From contig JAQWFQ010000014.1 of the NCBI GenBank assembly GCA_029238665.1, positions 207,339 to 271,338 on the forward strand: a stretch of 64,000 bases of DNA, given 5' to 3'. The notes beneath the pieces were generated by a model. It was not told the origin of the DNA. It saw only the letters and a program-made list of their open reading frames with translations, and did no database searches. How positions within the stretch are numbered: position 1 is the stretch's first letter; each line of letters starts with the position of its first letter. Position numbers and translations under genes: made by a program. The DNA comes from Crocinitomicaceae bacterium. Its GTDB lineage: Bacteria > Bacteroidota > Bacteroidia > Flavobacteriales_D > Crocinitomicaceae. This document shows positions 10,524 to 21,117 of the stretch, piece after piece.

Positions 10524-11513
10524 TTACATTTTCTGAATTAGGTCTATTAATCGGTTAGAATAACCTGCTTCATTATCATACCACCCGACAACTTTCACCA
10601 TGTTTCCAATTACACTTGTGAGCAATGAGTCAAAAACACAACTGCTCGATTCACCAAGTATATCAACAGAAACAACTGGGTCCTCAGTATAGATCAAAAT
10701 CCCTTTTAAACTACCCTTAGATGCATTCTTCATCGCTTGATTAATTTGATCTTCAGTAGGAGGATTACTTACCACAAATGTTAAATCCGTCATTGATCCA
10801 TTTGGAACAGGCACACGAATACCACACCCTCCAATATGTCCTTCTAGCTCTGGGAATATTTTTGACAGCGCCTTTGCAGCACCGGTTGTTGTTGGAACAA
10901 TAGATTCCGCAGCAGCTCTCGCTCTCCTTAAATCTTTGTGTGGCGCATCATGAAGTCGTTGATCAGAGGTATAACTATGAATTGTAGTTATAAATGCGCT
11001 TTCTATTTCACACAACTCTTTCATAACTTTAACCATAGGTGCTGCCGAATTTGTTGTACATGACGCATTGGAAACAATGAGGTCGCTTTCTAAAAGCAAT
11101 TGGTCATTAACCCCTAAAACAACCGTTCTTGTATCTCCATCTTTTGCTGGTGCAGACAAGACAACTTTTTTAGCTCCTCCTATTAAATGCTGAGAAGCAA
11201 GTGCCTTTGTTCTAAACACACCTGTCGACTCCAATACGATTTCCACATCATAGTCTACCCAATTTATATCTTTTGGATTTCGTTCAGAAATGAAGTGAAT
11301 TTCTTTTCCATTTAGAAACACAATCTTATTTCCCTCTACCCGAAACTCATGTTTTAGCTTACGGTGAATACTATCGTACCTGAACAAATGTGCCAAGGTG
11401 TTTATATCTGACAAATCATTCACTACAGCAACATCAACATTAGGGTTGTCCAAAGACATTCGTGTGAAATACCTGCCTATTCTACCAAAGCCATTTACAC
11501 CAATTTTCTTCAT
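10524..11513 (-). CDS. gap: Glyceraldehyde-3-phosphate dehydrogenase
   Basis: I start at ATG 11513 (MKKIGVNGFGRIGR) rather than the ORF-track 11567. Active site SNASCTTNS. Confidence 0.9.
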   Translation of the reverse strand: MKKIGVNGFGRIGRYFTRMSLDNPNVDVAVVNDLSDINTLAHLFRYDSIHRKLKHEFRVEGNKIVFLNGKEIHFISERNPKDINWVDYDVEIVLESTGVFRTKALASQHLIGGAKKVVLSAPAKDGDTRTVVLGVNDQLLLESDLIVSNASCTTNSAAPMVKVMKELCEIESAFITTIHSYTSDQRLHDAPHKDLRRARAAAESIVPTTTGAAKALSKIFPELEGHIGGCGIRVPVPNGSMTDLTFVVSNPPTEDQINQAMKNASKGSLKGILIYTEDPVVSVDILGESSSCVFDSLLTSVIGNMVKVVGWYDNEAGYSNRLIDLIQKM

Positions 11514-11575
11514 GTTCTTTTGATTTGTATTCTGTAAAAATAATGATGTCTTTCGTATGCCTAACATTCAAAGAC

Positions 11576-11603
11576 AAAAAAAAGGGCAACCAAATGGCTA
11601 CCC
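11576..11603 (-). terminator. Rho-independent terminator after the T9SS cargo gene
   Basis: The minus-strand RNA GGGUAGCC-AUUU-GGUUGCCC forms an 8-bp stem with two G-U pairs, followed by U8. Confidence 0.6.
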
Positions 11604-11625
11604 TCTTATAGTATTCATCAATTAA

Positions 11626-14076
11626 TTAGTGTATCACCTGAATAAAACCGTGCTCTTGAAGGTCGTCACCTCCTGCTATAACAGCATCAATGATATAGAA
11701 GTACGTTCCTTCGACAACTTCTTTTCCACTTTTATCCTTTCCATCCCAAGTACAAGCGCTGGCAGCATTATCACATTCAAATACTACATTGCCCCATCTG
11801 TTTGTAATGGTAAGTTTGAACTTCGAAAGTCCATTGGCCTCAACATACCACAGCGGATTTTGAGAGCCTTCTGCTAAAGATATTACATTTGGCACATCAA
11901 TAAAGCACAGTTCATAATTAACAAAGGTAGATTCCTGTGTAGTATGACACGCGTTACTCATACTCACCGTATATGTGCCAGGGCTATCAACATTAATGGT
12001 CTGTCCTATCGTTCCATCGTTCCAAACAAAACTTGTTGCGTAAGAGTTGTCATCAGGCGCCGTTAAACTATAAACAATTCCATTACAAAGGACCGTATCT
12101 GAAAAATAAGTAAATGGATAGGGTAAAAATTCAACTTCGGCTGTTACAACAGTATTACACGCATTATCGGTGTAGCTTATGGTGTAAATCCCAGGGGTGG
12201 ATGTATAAATATCCGGGTTATCTATGTTATTTGAAGGGGAAAATGTGATTGCTGTATCTGCAGCAGACCATACCCCTCCACTGTAAGACTGAACACCATT
12301 TACATAATAACTCAAATCACAAGCAATACTATCATTAAAAATAACCGGTTGAGGTAGTGTATATAATGCCACTGTAGTATCATAATCACATCCAAAATCA
12401 TCTGTAATTTCATAGGTGTAATACGTATACCCTGGTGTGTTTGTTTGGACTACAAGCGCAGTATCTGATTGACCTGAAACAATTGTCGGGTGGTTTTGCC
12501 AATTTTCACTCACAACCGTATTCTGGTACCCATTAGCTCCAGGAAAAAATGACGGGTCAAAGTACAATCCCCACTCAAAAATATAACCATCATCAATACC
12601 TAAATTGTCTTGAACAATTATTGTCCATTGTCCATTAATTGGGCATCCAGCGAAAGAAGAAAAATCATCTTCAGGTAAGAAAATCCCATTAGGATTTAAC
12701 GACGGACCATTGCCCCCAAAGTTTGGTGCAGGAACTGTATTACCGGTTTCAGAAGGCCAATCTCCAAATGTATTGAACACTGAACTAAAACAGTACTCCC
12801 AACCTTCACCAGGACCTCCCCCTCCACTATCATCTATCGGATCTCCCATATAAGTACCACCTCCACTAACCCCACCAGGAATAAAACCAATGGCTTGGTC
12901 ATATGAATTTAATAAGGTGACTTGTGTTCCGTTAGGGCATTGAAGTGCTATTTCTAAATCTCCAAGGTAAGAATGCTCCATTGTAATACAGACTTGATTC
13001 AAGTCTTGTGAGTTTGAAACTTGTGAACCCGTTGGAAAACCTGAAATATCAATAGGCGCTTGGTATTGTGCGCCCGAGCCATCAGGAAGGTAGGTTAAAC
13101 CAGCAAATGATCCGCCCAATTGAAACGTTCCGGAAGGGATATTGATCCCCACAGTATCTGTTGCCGTTACACCTCCAACTAGCGTTGTACTTTCACCTAA
13201 ACAAACCGTGTCTTCAATAGGCCCTGTACCTGAAAAATCAGGCAATTGAGAAACCCTAACCTTACAGACAACCCGGTCAATTTGAGGAAATTGATCTTCT
13301 ATTTTCACATCAACAATAAATCCATTTCTCGTCGGTGGCGTAAACCAAACGGAATCATTATCTGGATATGTTCCTCCATCTGTAATGTACCAATCAAATG
13401 AAATTGTCGAATTGACATTCTGAGAATATCCATATCCTGTATTTTCTAATGAATGAGGGAAAACTGGTGTTGCCACAAGTAAAACACTATCACCAAAACA
13501 AACATCAACAAACCCCGTATCTAAAGGATTTAAAACATTCACGCCTTGCCCATTAATAAATGCTTCTACATGCGGTTCAAAAGGTTGTGCTTGGTTACCA
13601 CATTGAACATTCGCATTCCATCCCGTTCCTTCATTGGCTCCGTCTGAAACAAATACAACTGTTAAACATCCGCTAGGATTACTCCAAGAAGCCGTGTATG
13701 CAAATCCCATTGGATCAGTCACCGAATTATGAACACCTAATAAAGGAGCACTTACATCAGGGCCATCAAATACATAAATGGAATCAGAACCATCAACATC
13801 AAATTCAAAGCCTGCATTAATGGCAAATGTCATTGTCATTTTTGTTCCAAGATTTAAATCTGGACAAAATACCGTTGTATCATTAAAATTTGCAGAATAA
13901 TTTGCGCCATTTCCATCATCAAAAAAGTTATTCGAACCAATACCAAAGGTGGCACAATCGGCTGGGTTGGTTTGTAAATACCCTTCATCACCCATAAGAA
14001 CACTCTGCCCAAAAGTCCACCCTGACAAGGTTAAAAAACCCGCAGTTACAACAATTATTTTAATCACATTTTTCAT
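11626..14076 (-). CDS. Secreted multidomain protein: CUB-like domain, proprotein-convertase P-domain, Ig-like repeats, T9SS type B C-terminal sorting domain
   Basis: 816 aa with a signal peptide. CUB-like block SIYVFDGPDVSAPLLGVHNS...CLTVVFVSDGANEGTGWNANV (about nt 13603-13956). P-domain strings MEHSYLGDLEIALQCPNGTQVTLL and GQWTIIVQDNLGIDDGYIFEWGLYF (about nt 12559-13074). The C-terminus TITNRWGNVVFE...WDGKDKSGKEVVEGTYFYII is typical of type B CTDs. Confidence 0.85.
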   Translation of the reverse strand: MKNVIKIIVVTAGFLTLSGWTFGQSVLMGDEGYLQTNPADCATFGIGSNNFFDDGNGANYSANFNDTTVFCPDLNLGTKMTMTFAINAGFEFDVDGSDSIYVFDGPDVSAPLLGVHNSVTDPMGFAYTASWSNPSGCLTVVFVSDGANEGTGWNANVQCGNQAQPFEPHVEAFINGQGVNVLNPLDTGFVDVCFGDSVLLVATPVFPHSLENTGYGYSQNVNSTISFDWYITDGGTYPDNDSVWFTPPTRNGFIVDVKIEDQFPQIDRVVCKVRVSQLPDFSGTGPIEDTVCLGESTTLVGGVTATDTVGINIPSGTFQLGGSFAGLTYLPDGSGAQYQAPIDISGFPTGSQVSNSQDLNQVCITMEHSYLGDLEIALQCPNGTQVTLLNSYDQAIGFIPGGVSGGGTYMGDPIDDSGGGGPGEGWEYCFSSVFNTFGDWPSETGNTVPAPNFGGNGPSLNPNGIFLPEDDFSSFAGCPINGQWTIIVQDNLGIDDGYIFEWGLYFDPSFFPGANGYQNTVVSENWQNHPTIVSGQSDTALVVQTNTPGYTYYTYEITDDFGCDYDTTVALYTLPQPVIFNDSIACDLSYYVNGVQSYSGGVWSAADTAITFSPSNNIDNPDIYTSTPGIYTISYTDNACNTVVTAEVEFLPYPFTYFSDTVLCNGIVYSLTAPDDNSYATSFVWNDGTIGQTINVDSPGTYTVSMSNACHTTQESTFVNYELCFIDVPNVISLAEGSQNPLWYVEANGLSKFKLTITNRWGNVVFECDNAASACTWDGKDKSGKEVVEGTYFYIIDAVIAGGDDLQEHGFIQVIH

Positions 14077-14087
14077 CTTATCTTGAT

Positions 14088-14450
14088 TTATTTAGATTCT
14101 TGACTTAACACATAACGTGATTTAACAACCAAAATCTTATCTCGTCCTAGCACCTTAAAATATTGATTCACATTTTTAATATCGAGGCCTAAGGCTATAA
14201 AATTGAACGCTTTATCTGAAATATCAATTGACCTTAAGTCAACATGTTTTTCCTTTGAGATGTCAGTCAAGTAAATTGCATTATCTAGCGCATAAACCAA
14301 ACGGCTATACGCCTGAGGATTATTACCATTCAACGTAATTAACTCTTCCGAGGTATAACGGTCAAGCAACCTAGAATCAACTTCTTGAGAAAAACCTATT
14401 AATGAACAACTTATACTCATCAATGCACTAAAAAATAATTTCATAATCAA
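14088..14450 (-). CDS. Small exported hypothetical protein
   Basis: 120 aa. Signal peptide MIMKLFFSALMSISCSLIGFSQ. It lies 11 nt upstream of the T9SS cargo gene on the same strand. No family recognised. Confidence 0.5.
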   Translation of the reverse strand: MIMKLFFSALMSISCSLIGFSQEVDSRLLDRYTSEELITLNGNNPQAYSRLVYALDNAIYLTDISKEKHVDLRSIDISDKAFNFIALGLDIKNVNQYFKVLGRDKILVVKSRYVLSQESK

Positions 14451-14750
14451 ACGTTTAAACCGCAGTATTCAACCTTAAGACGTAACAACGTTGAAAAGGG
14501 TTGTATACGGCATCTATTTCTTTTGTAAAAAAACAATGTGTTAAAATTACAATAAAATATATTGGTTAAGCTCACCAAGCTGCTTCTATTATTGCCTTCC
14601 TAACTCAGAATTTCAACAATTAATGTTACAAACAGTTAAATATTTTGCTTTAGTAGGTGAATTGAACACCTGTTATTTAATTGTGAATAAAAACGCTAAA
14701 ATTGATGATAAACAATTCAACACCGAACCTTTATTATTGAGAATAAAACT

Positions 14751-14758
14751 TAATTTTG
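14751..14758 (+). promoter_or_regulatory. -7 promoter box (TAnnTTTG) for the transketolase operon
   Basis: TAATTTTG, with 34 nt before ATG 14793. Confidence 0.4.
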
Positions 14759-14792
14759 TTTCACTAAATACAGTACATACAATAAAGCAACT

Positions 14793-15635
14793 ATGGAAGC
14801 GCAAGAATTAAAGAATATTGCATCGCAAGTTAGAAGAGATATCGTAAGAATGGTTTCAGCAGTAAGCTCTGGTCACCCTGGAGGCTCTCTAGGTTGTGCA
14901 GACTTTTTAACAGTGCTTTATTTTGATAAAATGAAGCATGATCCACGCAACTTTAAAATGGACGCCATAAACGAAGATGTGTTCTACCTATCTAACGGAC
15001 ACATATCACCAGTATTTTATAGTGTTCTAGCACGATGTGGCTACTTCCCTGTACCTGAACTAAGTGGTTTTAGAATCATGTCAAGCCGTTTACAGGGCCA
15101 CCCATCTACAGACAAGGGCTTGCCTGGAATTCGTATGGCGTCAGGGTCATTAGGGCAGGGATTATCTTGTGCGTTAGGAACTGCTGAAACAAAAAAGTTG
15201 AATAATGATGACAGTATCGTATATACACTTCATGGTGATGGTGAATTACAGGAAGGTCAGATATGGGAAGCTGCAATGTATGCTTCTGCAAAAAACATTG
15301 ATAATGTTATCGCGACAATAGATTACAATGGTCGTCAGATTGATGGAGATTGTGACGATGTCCTTTCGCTAGGTAATCTTGCGCAAAAATGGAACGCTTT
15401 TGGATGGGAAGTTCTGGAAATGGACGGGCACAACATCGATGAAATCAAATCAACGATGGATAAAGCAAAAAGTATGACTGGCAATGGAAAGCCAATCGTC
15501 ATCATCATGAAGACAGAAATGGGTCAAGGAGTTGATTACATGATGGGGACGCATAAATGGCATGGTTCTGCTCCAAATGAAGAACAATTAACTGATGCCC
15601 TAAATCAACTTGAAGAAACATTAGGAGATTACTAA
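14793..15635 (+). CDS. Transketolase, N-terminal (TPP-binding) subunit of a split enzyme
   Basis: 280 aa. TPP-binding HGDGELQEGQIWEA. The length matches the N-terminal third of full-length Tkt. Confidence 0.9.
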   Translation: MEAQELKNIASQVRRDIVRMVSAVSSGHPGGSLGCADFLTVLYFDKMKHDPRNFKMDAINEDVFYLSNGHISPVFYSVLARCGYFPVPELSGFRIMSSRLQGHPSTDKGLPGIRMASGSLGQGLSCALGTAETKKLNNDDSIVYTLHGDGELQEGQIWEAAMYASAKNIDNVIATIDYNGRQIDGDCDDVLSLGNLAQKWNAFGWEVLEMDGHNIDEIKSTMDKAKSMTGNGKPIVIIMKTEMGQGVDYMMGTHKWHGSAPNEEQLTDALNQLEETLGDY

Positions 15636-15637
15636 AA

Positions 15638-16990
15638 TTGAAGTTTATTTTATTCATAGCGTTCTCAATTTTAAGTTCGATTAGTTTCGGGCAAGAAGAT
15701 TTGACTCGAATACTTTTTATTCTAGATGCTTCTAACAGTATGAATGCTAAATGGGGAGATCAAACTCGAATTGAAGCAGCAAAAGAACTATTAACAAAAA
15801 CAGTTGATGATTTACACGCTGTTCCAAATTTAGAAATTGGATTACGTGTTTACGGACACCAATCACCAATTACAGCAACATTCCAAGATTGTAATGACAC
15901 AAAGCTAGAAGTCCCTTTTGCAAAAAACAATTTTGACAACATCAAGTCACGCATCAAGTCTATTCGCGCAAAAGGAACAACTCCTATTGCTAGATCTCTA
16001 GAAGCTGCAGCTGGAGACTTTCCAGACAACAACTCGAGAAATACAATCATTTTAATTACCGACGGGCTAGAGGCATGTGACAATGACCCTTGTGTTATTG
16101 CCAAGAAACTAAAAGATAAAGGGGTCAAAGTTAATCCCTTTGTTATTGGACTTGGGATGGACTTATCCTACTTGGAGCAGTTTAAATGCATAGGAACATA
16201 TGCCGATGCTGAAACAAAAGAAACATTTAAGCAGGTACTGCAGACAGTGGTTTCAAGAGCACTATTAAATACAACCGCTCAAATTAACTTAAACGACATC
16301 ACACATACTCCATCTGAAACAGATGTGACAATGTTCTTGTTCAAAGCTGGAACAAACGAATTAAAATATACATTTACGCACACCTTAAATGAGTTAGGGC
16401 ACCCTGACACATTAATATTAGACCCTCAATACAAATACGATTTAATTGTTAACACGACGCCTAAAATTATCAAGAAAGGCATTGAGATTCAACGTAACAT
16501 ACACAATACCATAATTGTTGATTCTCCCCAAGGATATCTAAAAGTGCGGTTTATCAACGCTGCTAAACCTTATCAATTTGAAGTAAGAGTAACTCAAGAA
16601 GGAGAACATACAACATTGAACACACAAAAGGTTGGGAAATCTGACAAATATTTGGTTGGAAAGTATGATTTAGAAATACTGACACTTCCACGCATTTATA
16701 TTACTGCTAGTGTAAATCAAAGTTTAACAACACATTTAGATATTCGCGCACCCGGTATGGTAAGGTATTCATCAGGCAATGGTATTGTAGGGCAAATATT
16801 TACTGAAAATGGCAACGGAACTTGGGATTGGGTTTGTAATTTAAACGAAGGGGCTAAAACTGGTTCCTGGCGATTACAACCTGGTAAATACCGCCTGGTT
16901 TATAGACAAAAAAAATTAAAATCTTCAACATATACATTGGAGAAAGACTTTAGAATTAATTCAAACAAAACGATATCATTAAGGTTATGA
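15638..16990 (+). CDS. Exported von Willebrand factor A (VWA) domain protein with a beta-rich C-terminal region
   Basis: 450 aa with a TTG start. Signal peptide [24 protein letters not shown] residues DASNS, GTTPIA and ITDGLE. Confidence 0.85.
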   Translation: MKFILFIAFSILSSISFGQEDLTRILFILDASNSMNAKWGDQTRIEAAKELLTKTVDDLHAVPNLEIGLRVYGHQSPITATFQDCNDTKLEVPFAKNNFDNIKSRIKSIRAKGTTPIARSLEAAAGDFPDNNSRNTIILITDGLEACDNDPCVIAKKLKDKGVKVNPFVIGLGMDLSYLEQFKCIGTYADAETKETFKQVLQTVVSRALLNTTAQINLNDITHTPSETDVTMFLFKAGTNELKYTFTHTLNELGHPDTLILDPQYKYDLIVNTTPKIIKKGIEIQRNIHNTIIVDSPQGYLKVRFINAAKPYQFEVRVTQEGEHTTLNTQKVGKSDKYLVGKYDLEILTLPRIYITASVNQSLTTHLDIRAPGMVRYSSGNGIVGQIFTENGNGTWDWVCNLNEGAKTGSWRLQPGKYRLVYRQKKLKSSTYTLEKDFRINSNKTISLRL

Positions 16991-17949
16991 TCGAAAAAAT
17001 CAATATTGAAGTATTAGGTAAAAAAGACACACGCTCAGGATTTGGAGAAGGTCTTTTAGAAGTTGGTAAACTTAACAATAACGTTGTTGCATTATGTGCT
17101 GATTTAACAGGGTCATTAAAAATGAATGCCTTTGAAAATGAATTTCCAGAACGTTTTTTTCAAGTAGGTATTGCTGAAGCAAACATGATGGGGATGGCTG
17201 CAGGCATGACTATTGGTGGGAAAACACCTTACACAGGTACTTTTGCAAACTTCTCTACAAGTCGTGTTTATGACCAGATAAGACAGTCAATTGCATATTC
17301 TCAAAAAAATGTTAAGATTTGTGCATCACATGCAGGCCTAACCCTTGGAGAAGATGGAGCAACCCACCAAGTGCTTGAAGACATTGGCATGATGAAAATG
17401 TTGCCAAACATGACCGTTATTGTTCCTTGTGATTTTAATCAAACTAAACAAGCTACAATTGCCATTGCAGAGCATGAAGGCCCTGTATACTTAAGATTTG
17501 GACGTCCTTCTGTTCCAATTTTCGTTCGCCCAGATGCTACGTTTCAAATAGGAAAAGCCGACAAAATAATTGAAGGTTCAGATGTAACAATCATTGCATG
17601 TGGCCATTTAGTTTGGAAGGCTATCGAAGCTGCTCAAGCCTTACAAGAAAAAGGGATTTCAGCTGAAGTAATAAACATGCACACCATAAAACCTTTAGAT
17701 ACTAACGCTATTTTAGAAAGTATCGCTAAAACAGGGTGCGTTGTTACTGCCGAAGAACACATGATGAATGGTGGACTTGGTGACTCTGTTGCTCAAGTGC
17801 TTTCAAGAAACACAGCTACCCCTCAGGAATATGTTGCCGTTGATGATAGCTTTGGTGAAAGTGGAAAACCAGCGGACTTATTGGCCAAGTACAACATTGA
17901 CACACCTAATATTATTGAAGCTGCACTGAAGGTTATTAAACGTAAATAA
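16987..17949 (+). CDS. Transketolase, C-terminal (pyrimidine-binding plus C-terminal domain) subunit
   Basis: 320 aa. [17 protein letters not shown] motif. ATGA overlap with the VWA gene stop. Confidence 0.9.
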   Translation: MIEKINIEVLGKKDTRSGFGEGLLEVGKLNNNVVALCADLTGSLKMNAFENEFPERFFQVGIAEANMMGMAAGMTIGGKTPYTGTFANFSTSRVYDQIRQSIAYSQKNVKICASHAGLTLGEDGATHQVLEDIGMMKMLPNMTVIVPCDFNQTKQATIAIAEHEGPVYLRFGRPSVPIFVRPDATFQIGKADKIIEGSDVTIIACGHLVWKAIEAAQALQEKGISAEVINMHTIKPLDTNAILESIAKTGCVVTAEEHMMNGGLGDSVAQVLSRNTATPQEYVAVDDSFGESGKPADLLAKYNIDTPNIIEAALKVIKRK

Positions 17950-18023
17950 CATATTGGTATCACTATAAATGTGCCCCTCATACAAATAAACAAGTAGGAT
18001 TACAACCTTGATAAACCCAAAGG

Positions 18024-19211
18024 ATGACAAGACATAGTGAGTTTTTATCCGTTCAAGGGCCGACAAATCAGTCGCCGTATTTGATTGATGTAGACAAAGC
18101 TGAAGGAGTGTACATCTTCGACAAGTCTGGAAAATCATATTTAGACATGATTGCCGGTGTTGCTGTGAATAATATTGGGCACAGGCATCCAAAGGTCATT
18201 TCTGCATTAAAGATGCAAATTGATCGGCACTTACACGTGATGGTTTATGGTGAGTTTATTCAAGACTCACAATTAAATTTCAGTAAAAAACTAACATCCC
18301 TTTTACCCGAAAAACTGAATTGTGTCTATACGGTTAATTCTGGGACAGAAGCAAATGAAGCGGCCTTAAAACTTGCTAAACGAGTCACTGGAAGAACTGA
18401 ATTAATTTCTTTTCGAGGTTCATACCATGGTAGTACACACGGTTCATTAAGTGTTTCTGGAAATGAGTCAAAAAAAACAACATTTCGACCACTTTTAGCA
18501 GATGTCCGGTTTCTCACATTCAATGCCACTAAAGAATTAGCTCAAATAACCGAGAGAACAGCAGGTGTAATTATCGAAACAATTCAAGGAGACGCAGGTG
18601 TAATTAGACCTGACACAGCATTTATGCAAGCACTCCGAAAACGATGTACTGAAGTTGGTGCACAATTAATTTTTGACGAAATTCAATGTGGAATTGGTCG
18701 AGCAGGAAAGCTATTTGCTTTTGAGCACTTCAATGTTGTTCCAGACATATTAACCCTAGGAAAAGCATTAGGAGGAGGAATGCCAATAGGTGCTCTTGTT
18801 TCATCAACCGAAAAACTTCATCAATTTTCCTACAACCCAATGCTAGGTCATATAACAACTTTTGGTGGACACCCTGTTGTTTGTGCAGCTGCGCATGCCT
18901 GCTTAGAAGTTATGGCTTCTGAAATTGATTTTAATGAAGTAGAGCGCTTGGGAAATTTGTTAGAGTCATTAATTAAAACAGAAGAAGAAATCATAGATAC
19001 TAGGCGTGTAGGAATGATGTTTGCCTTTGACATGGAATCTTTTGAACGCGTTGAAAAAGTTGTAAAAAAATGCTTGGAAAAAGGCCTTATTAGTTTTTGG
19101 TTCTTATCTCACCCCAACAGCTTTCGACTATCTCCACCTCTAAATATCACAGAAAAAGAAATCAGAATAGCTGCTGAAATAATTACGTCATCAATTCAAG
19201 AAACTGCTTAA
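18024..19211 (+). CDS. Class-III PLP aminotransferase (acetylornithine/ornithine aminotransferase-like)
   Basis: 395 aa. Has GTEANEAALKLA. PLP lysine in LTLGKALGGG. Confidence 0.8.
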   Translation: MTRHSEFLSVQGPTNQSPYLIDVDKAEGVYIFDKSGKSYLDMIAGVAVNNIGHRHPKVISALKMQIDRHLHVMVYGEFIQDSQLNFSKKLTSLLPEKLNCVYTVNSGTEANEAALKLAKRVTGRTELISFRGSYHGSTHGSLSVSGNESKKTTFRPLLADVRFLTFNATKELAQITERTAGVIIETIQGDAGVIRPDTAFMQALRKRCTEVGAQLIFDEIQCGIGRAGKLFAFEHFNVVPDILTLGKALGGGMPIGALVSSTEKLHQFSYNPMLGHITTFGGHPVVCAAAHACLEVMASEIDFNEVERLGNLLESLIKTEEEIIDTRRVGMMFAFDMESFERVEKVVKKCLEKGLISFWFLSHPNSFRLSPPLNITEKEIRIAAEIITSSIQETA

Positions 19212-19216
19212 TTACA

Positions 19217-20506
19217 CTAGCTCGGCTGATTAATCCCCTCGAATAAAAAATTTAAAATTGATTGTGTGATTTTATCGTAATCCGCTTTCGATATGACTAG
19301 CGGAGCATTTACAAAAATCACATTCCCTAAAGGGCGAATCAAGATTCCTTGTTTTAAGAAATAGGCATAGGCCTGAGCTTTAATGTCCGAAAAGTAGGTG
19401 TTCCCCTCTCCCGTCTCTATTTCAAATGCAATAATGGTTCCTTGTTGACGAATATTTTTTACAAATTCGAACTTTTCTAATTGATGTTTAAATGTTCGAT
19501 TCCAATCTTCAAGGTTTTTCATTCCTTGAATTGCCAACGGTTGCTCAAACAAATCTAAATTGGCACAGGCAATAGCACAAGCAATTGGGTTTGCAGTAAA
19601 AGAATGTCCATGCAACAATGCCTTTGTTGTCTCTTCTCCTAAAAATGCATTATAAATCTTGTCTGATGTTACTGTTAGCCCTAACGCCATTACTCCTGAA
19701 GTCAATCCCTTTGAGAGGGTAATGAAGTCTGGCTTTACCTTACAATGGTCTGTGGCAAACAGTTTTCCTGTTCTTCCAAATCCTGTCATTACTTCATCGT
19801 AAACAATCAAGACATCATTTTCTTGCGCCAATGTTGCTAACTGATCTAAAAATGAAGCAGAATACATACGCATTCCTGCTGCACCTTGAACTAAAGGCTC
19901 TACAATCATCCCTGCAAATTCACCTGTCTCAAATAATAATTTGGCGTGGGACAGTATCGCTTCTTCATTTTCTTTCGTTGGAAAGTCAATGTAATCTACA
20001 TCAAAGAAAAATGGTTCGAAAGGGGCATTAAAGTAACCACGTTGCCCAACTGACATAGCTCCAAACGTATCACCATGATACGAACCATGCATTGCTAAAA
20101 ACCGTTGTTTATTTTCACCCTTATTGTGCCAGTACTGGACAATCATTTTCAAAGCAACCTCTACCGATGTTGAACCATTATCTGAAAAGAAAACCTTCTC
20201 AAGATTTTGTGGCAACACCTTTGTAATTCGCTCTGCTAATTCTACTGCTTTGGGGTGCGTAACTCCAGCAAAAACAATGTGGTCAATCTGATTAAATTGG
20301 TCCATCATTGCCTTACCAATATAGGCATTTTTATGGCCATGAACATTAACCCACCACGATGAATTTGCATCAATATATTCTTTCCCATCAACATCATACA
20401 AACGAACGCCTTCTGCGCGTACAATCTCTAATGGATTTTCTGCGGTAAAATGTTGTGTGAAAGGATGCCACACATGTTTTTTATCTTTTTCTATGATAGA
20501 ACTCAT
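19217..20506 (-). CDS. bioA: Adenosylmethionine-8-amino-7-oxononanoate aminotransferase
   Basis: 429 aa. BioA-type N-terminus DKKHVWHPFTQ. Overlaps bioD by 4 nt. Confidence 0.88.
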   Translation of the reverse strand: MSSIIEKDKKHVWHPFTQHFTAENPLEIVRAEGVRLYDVDGKEYIDANSSWWVNVHGHKNAYIGKAMMDQFNQIDHIVFAGVTHPKAVELAERITKVLPQNLEKVFFSDNGSTSVEVALKMIVQYWHNKGENKQRFLAMHGSYHGDTFGAMSVGQRGYFNAPFEPFFFDVDYIDFPTKENEEAILSHAKLLFETGEFAGMIVEPLVQGAAGMRMYSASFLDQLATLAQENDVLIVYDEVMTGFGRTGKLFATDHCKVKPDFITLSKGLTSGVMALGLTVTSDKIYNAFLGEETTKALLHGHSFTANPIACAIACANLDLFEQPLAIQGMKNLEDWNRTFKHQLEKFEFVKNIRQQGTIIAFEIETGEGNTYFSDIKAQAYAYFLKQGILIRPLGNVIFVNAPLVISKADYDKITQSILNFLFEGINQPS

Positions 20507-21117
20507 AACTGTGACTTTATCTTTTCAGCTTGGCTTACAATGAATGTTTTATCTAGCGAAGCAGCAATTGGAATACGTGCAATAAACTTGGCTCCGGTAT
20601 GTTTTATAATGATTGATTCCGTAGCCTTATTTTCATCTCCAACAAAAACAAACCCTGCAATATCTACCCCCTTAGATTTTAAGACTTCTGCTGTCAACAA
20701 GCTATGATTTATACTCCCTAAGTAGTGACGCGAGACAATAATTGTTGGTAATTGCCATGAGGCTATTACATCAGCAAAAGTTAACCCATCATTATTCAAC
20801 GGAACCATTATCCCTCCTGCACCCTCAACAATAAAGTTGGATTTCACCAAGGGTAATTGTAATTGAGAATGTGATATGGTTACACCATCAATTTCTGCAG
20901 CAGCATGTGGTGACATTGGTTCTGATAAGCGATAAGCTTCTTTTAGAACAGTAACGTTAGACGTATAAGCTGAAACCTTTATAGAATCTGACTGATCTAA
21001 ATCACCAGCCTGGACAGGCTTCCAATAGCTTGCTTCTAATGCCTCAGCAATAATCGAACTCACAACAGTTTTACCAACGTCGGTACCAATTCCAGTAATT
21101 GCAAATTGTTTAACCAT
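20503..21117 (-). CDS. bioD: Dethiobiotin synthase
   Basis: 204 aa. P-loop GIGTDVGKT and YWKPVQAG. Confidence 0.88.
   Translation of the reverse strand: MVKQFAITGIGTDVGKTVVSSIIAEALEASYWKPVQAGDLDQSDSIKVSAYTSNVTVLKEAYRLSEPMSPHAAAEIDGVTISHSQLQLPLVKSNFIVEGAGGIMVPLNNDGLTFADVIASWQLPTIIVSRHYLGSINHSLLTAEVLKSKGVDIAGFVFVGDENKATESIIIKHTGAKFIARIPIAASLDKTFIVSQAEKIKSQL

Noticed and set aside
14623-14811. A 62-aa ORF in the intergenic region upstream of transketolase.
   Set aside because: It spans the predicted -7 promoter box, overlaps the tkt start, has no signal or domain features, and has a low-complexity AT-driven composition.
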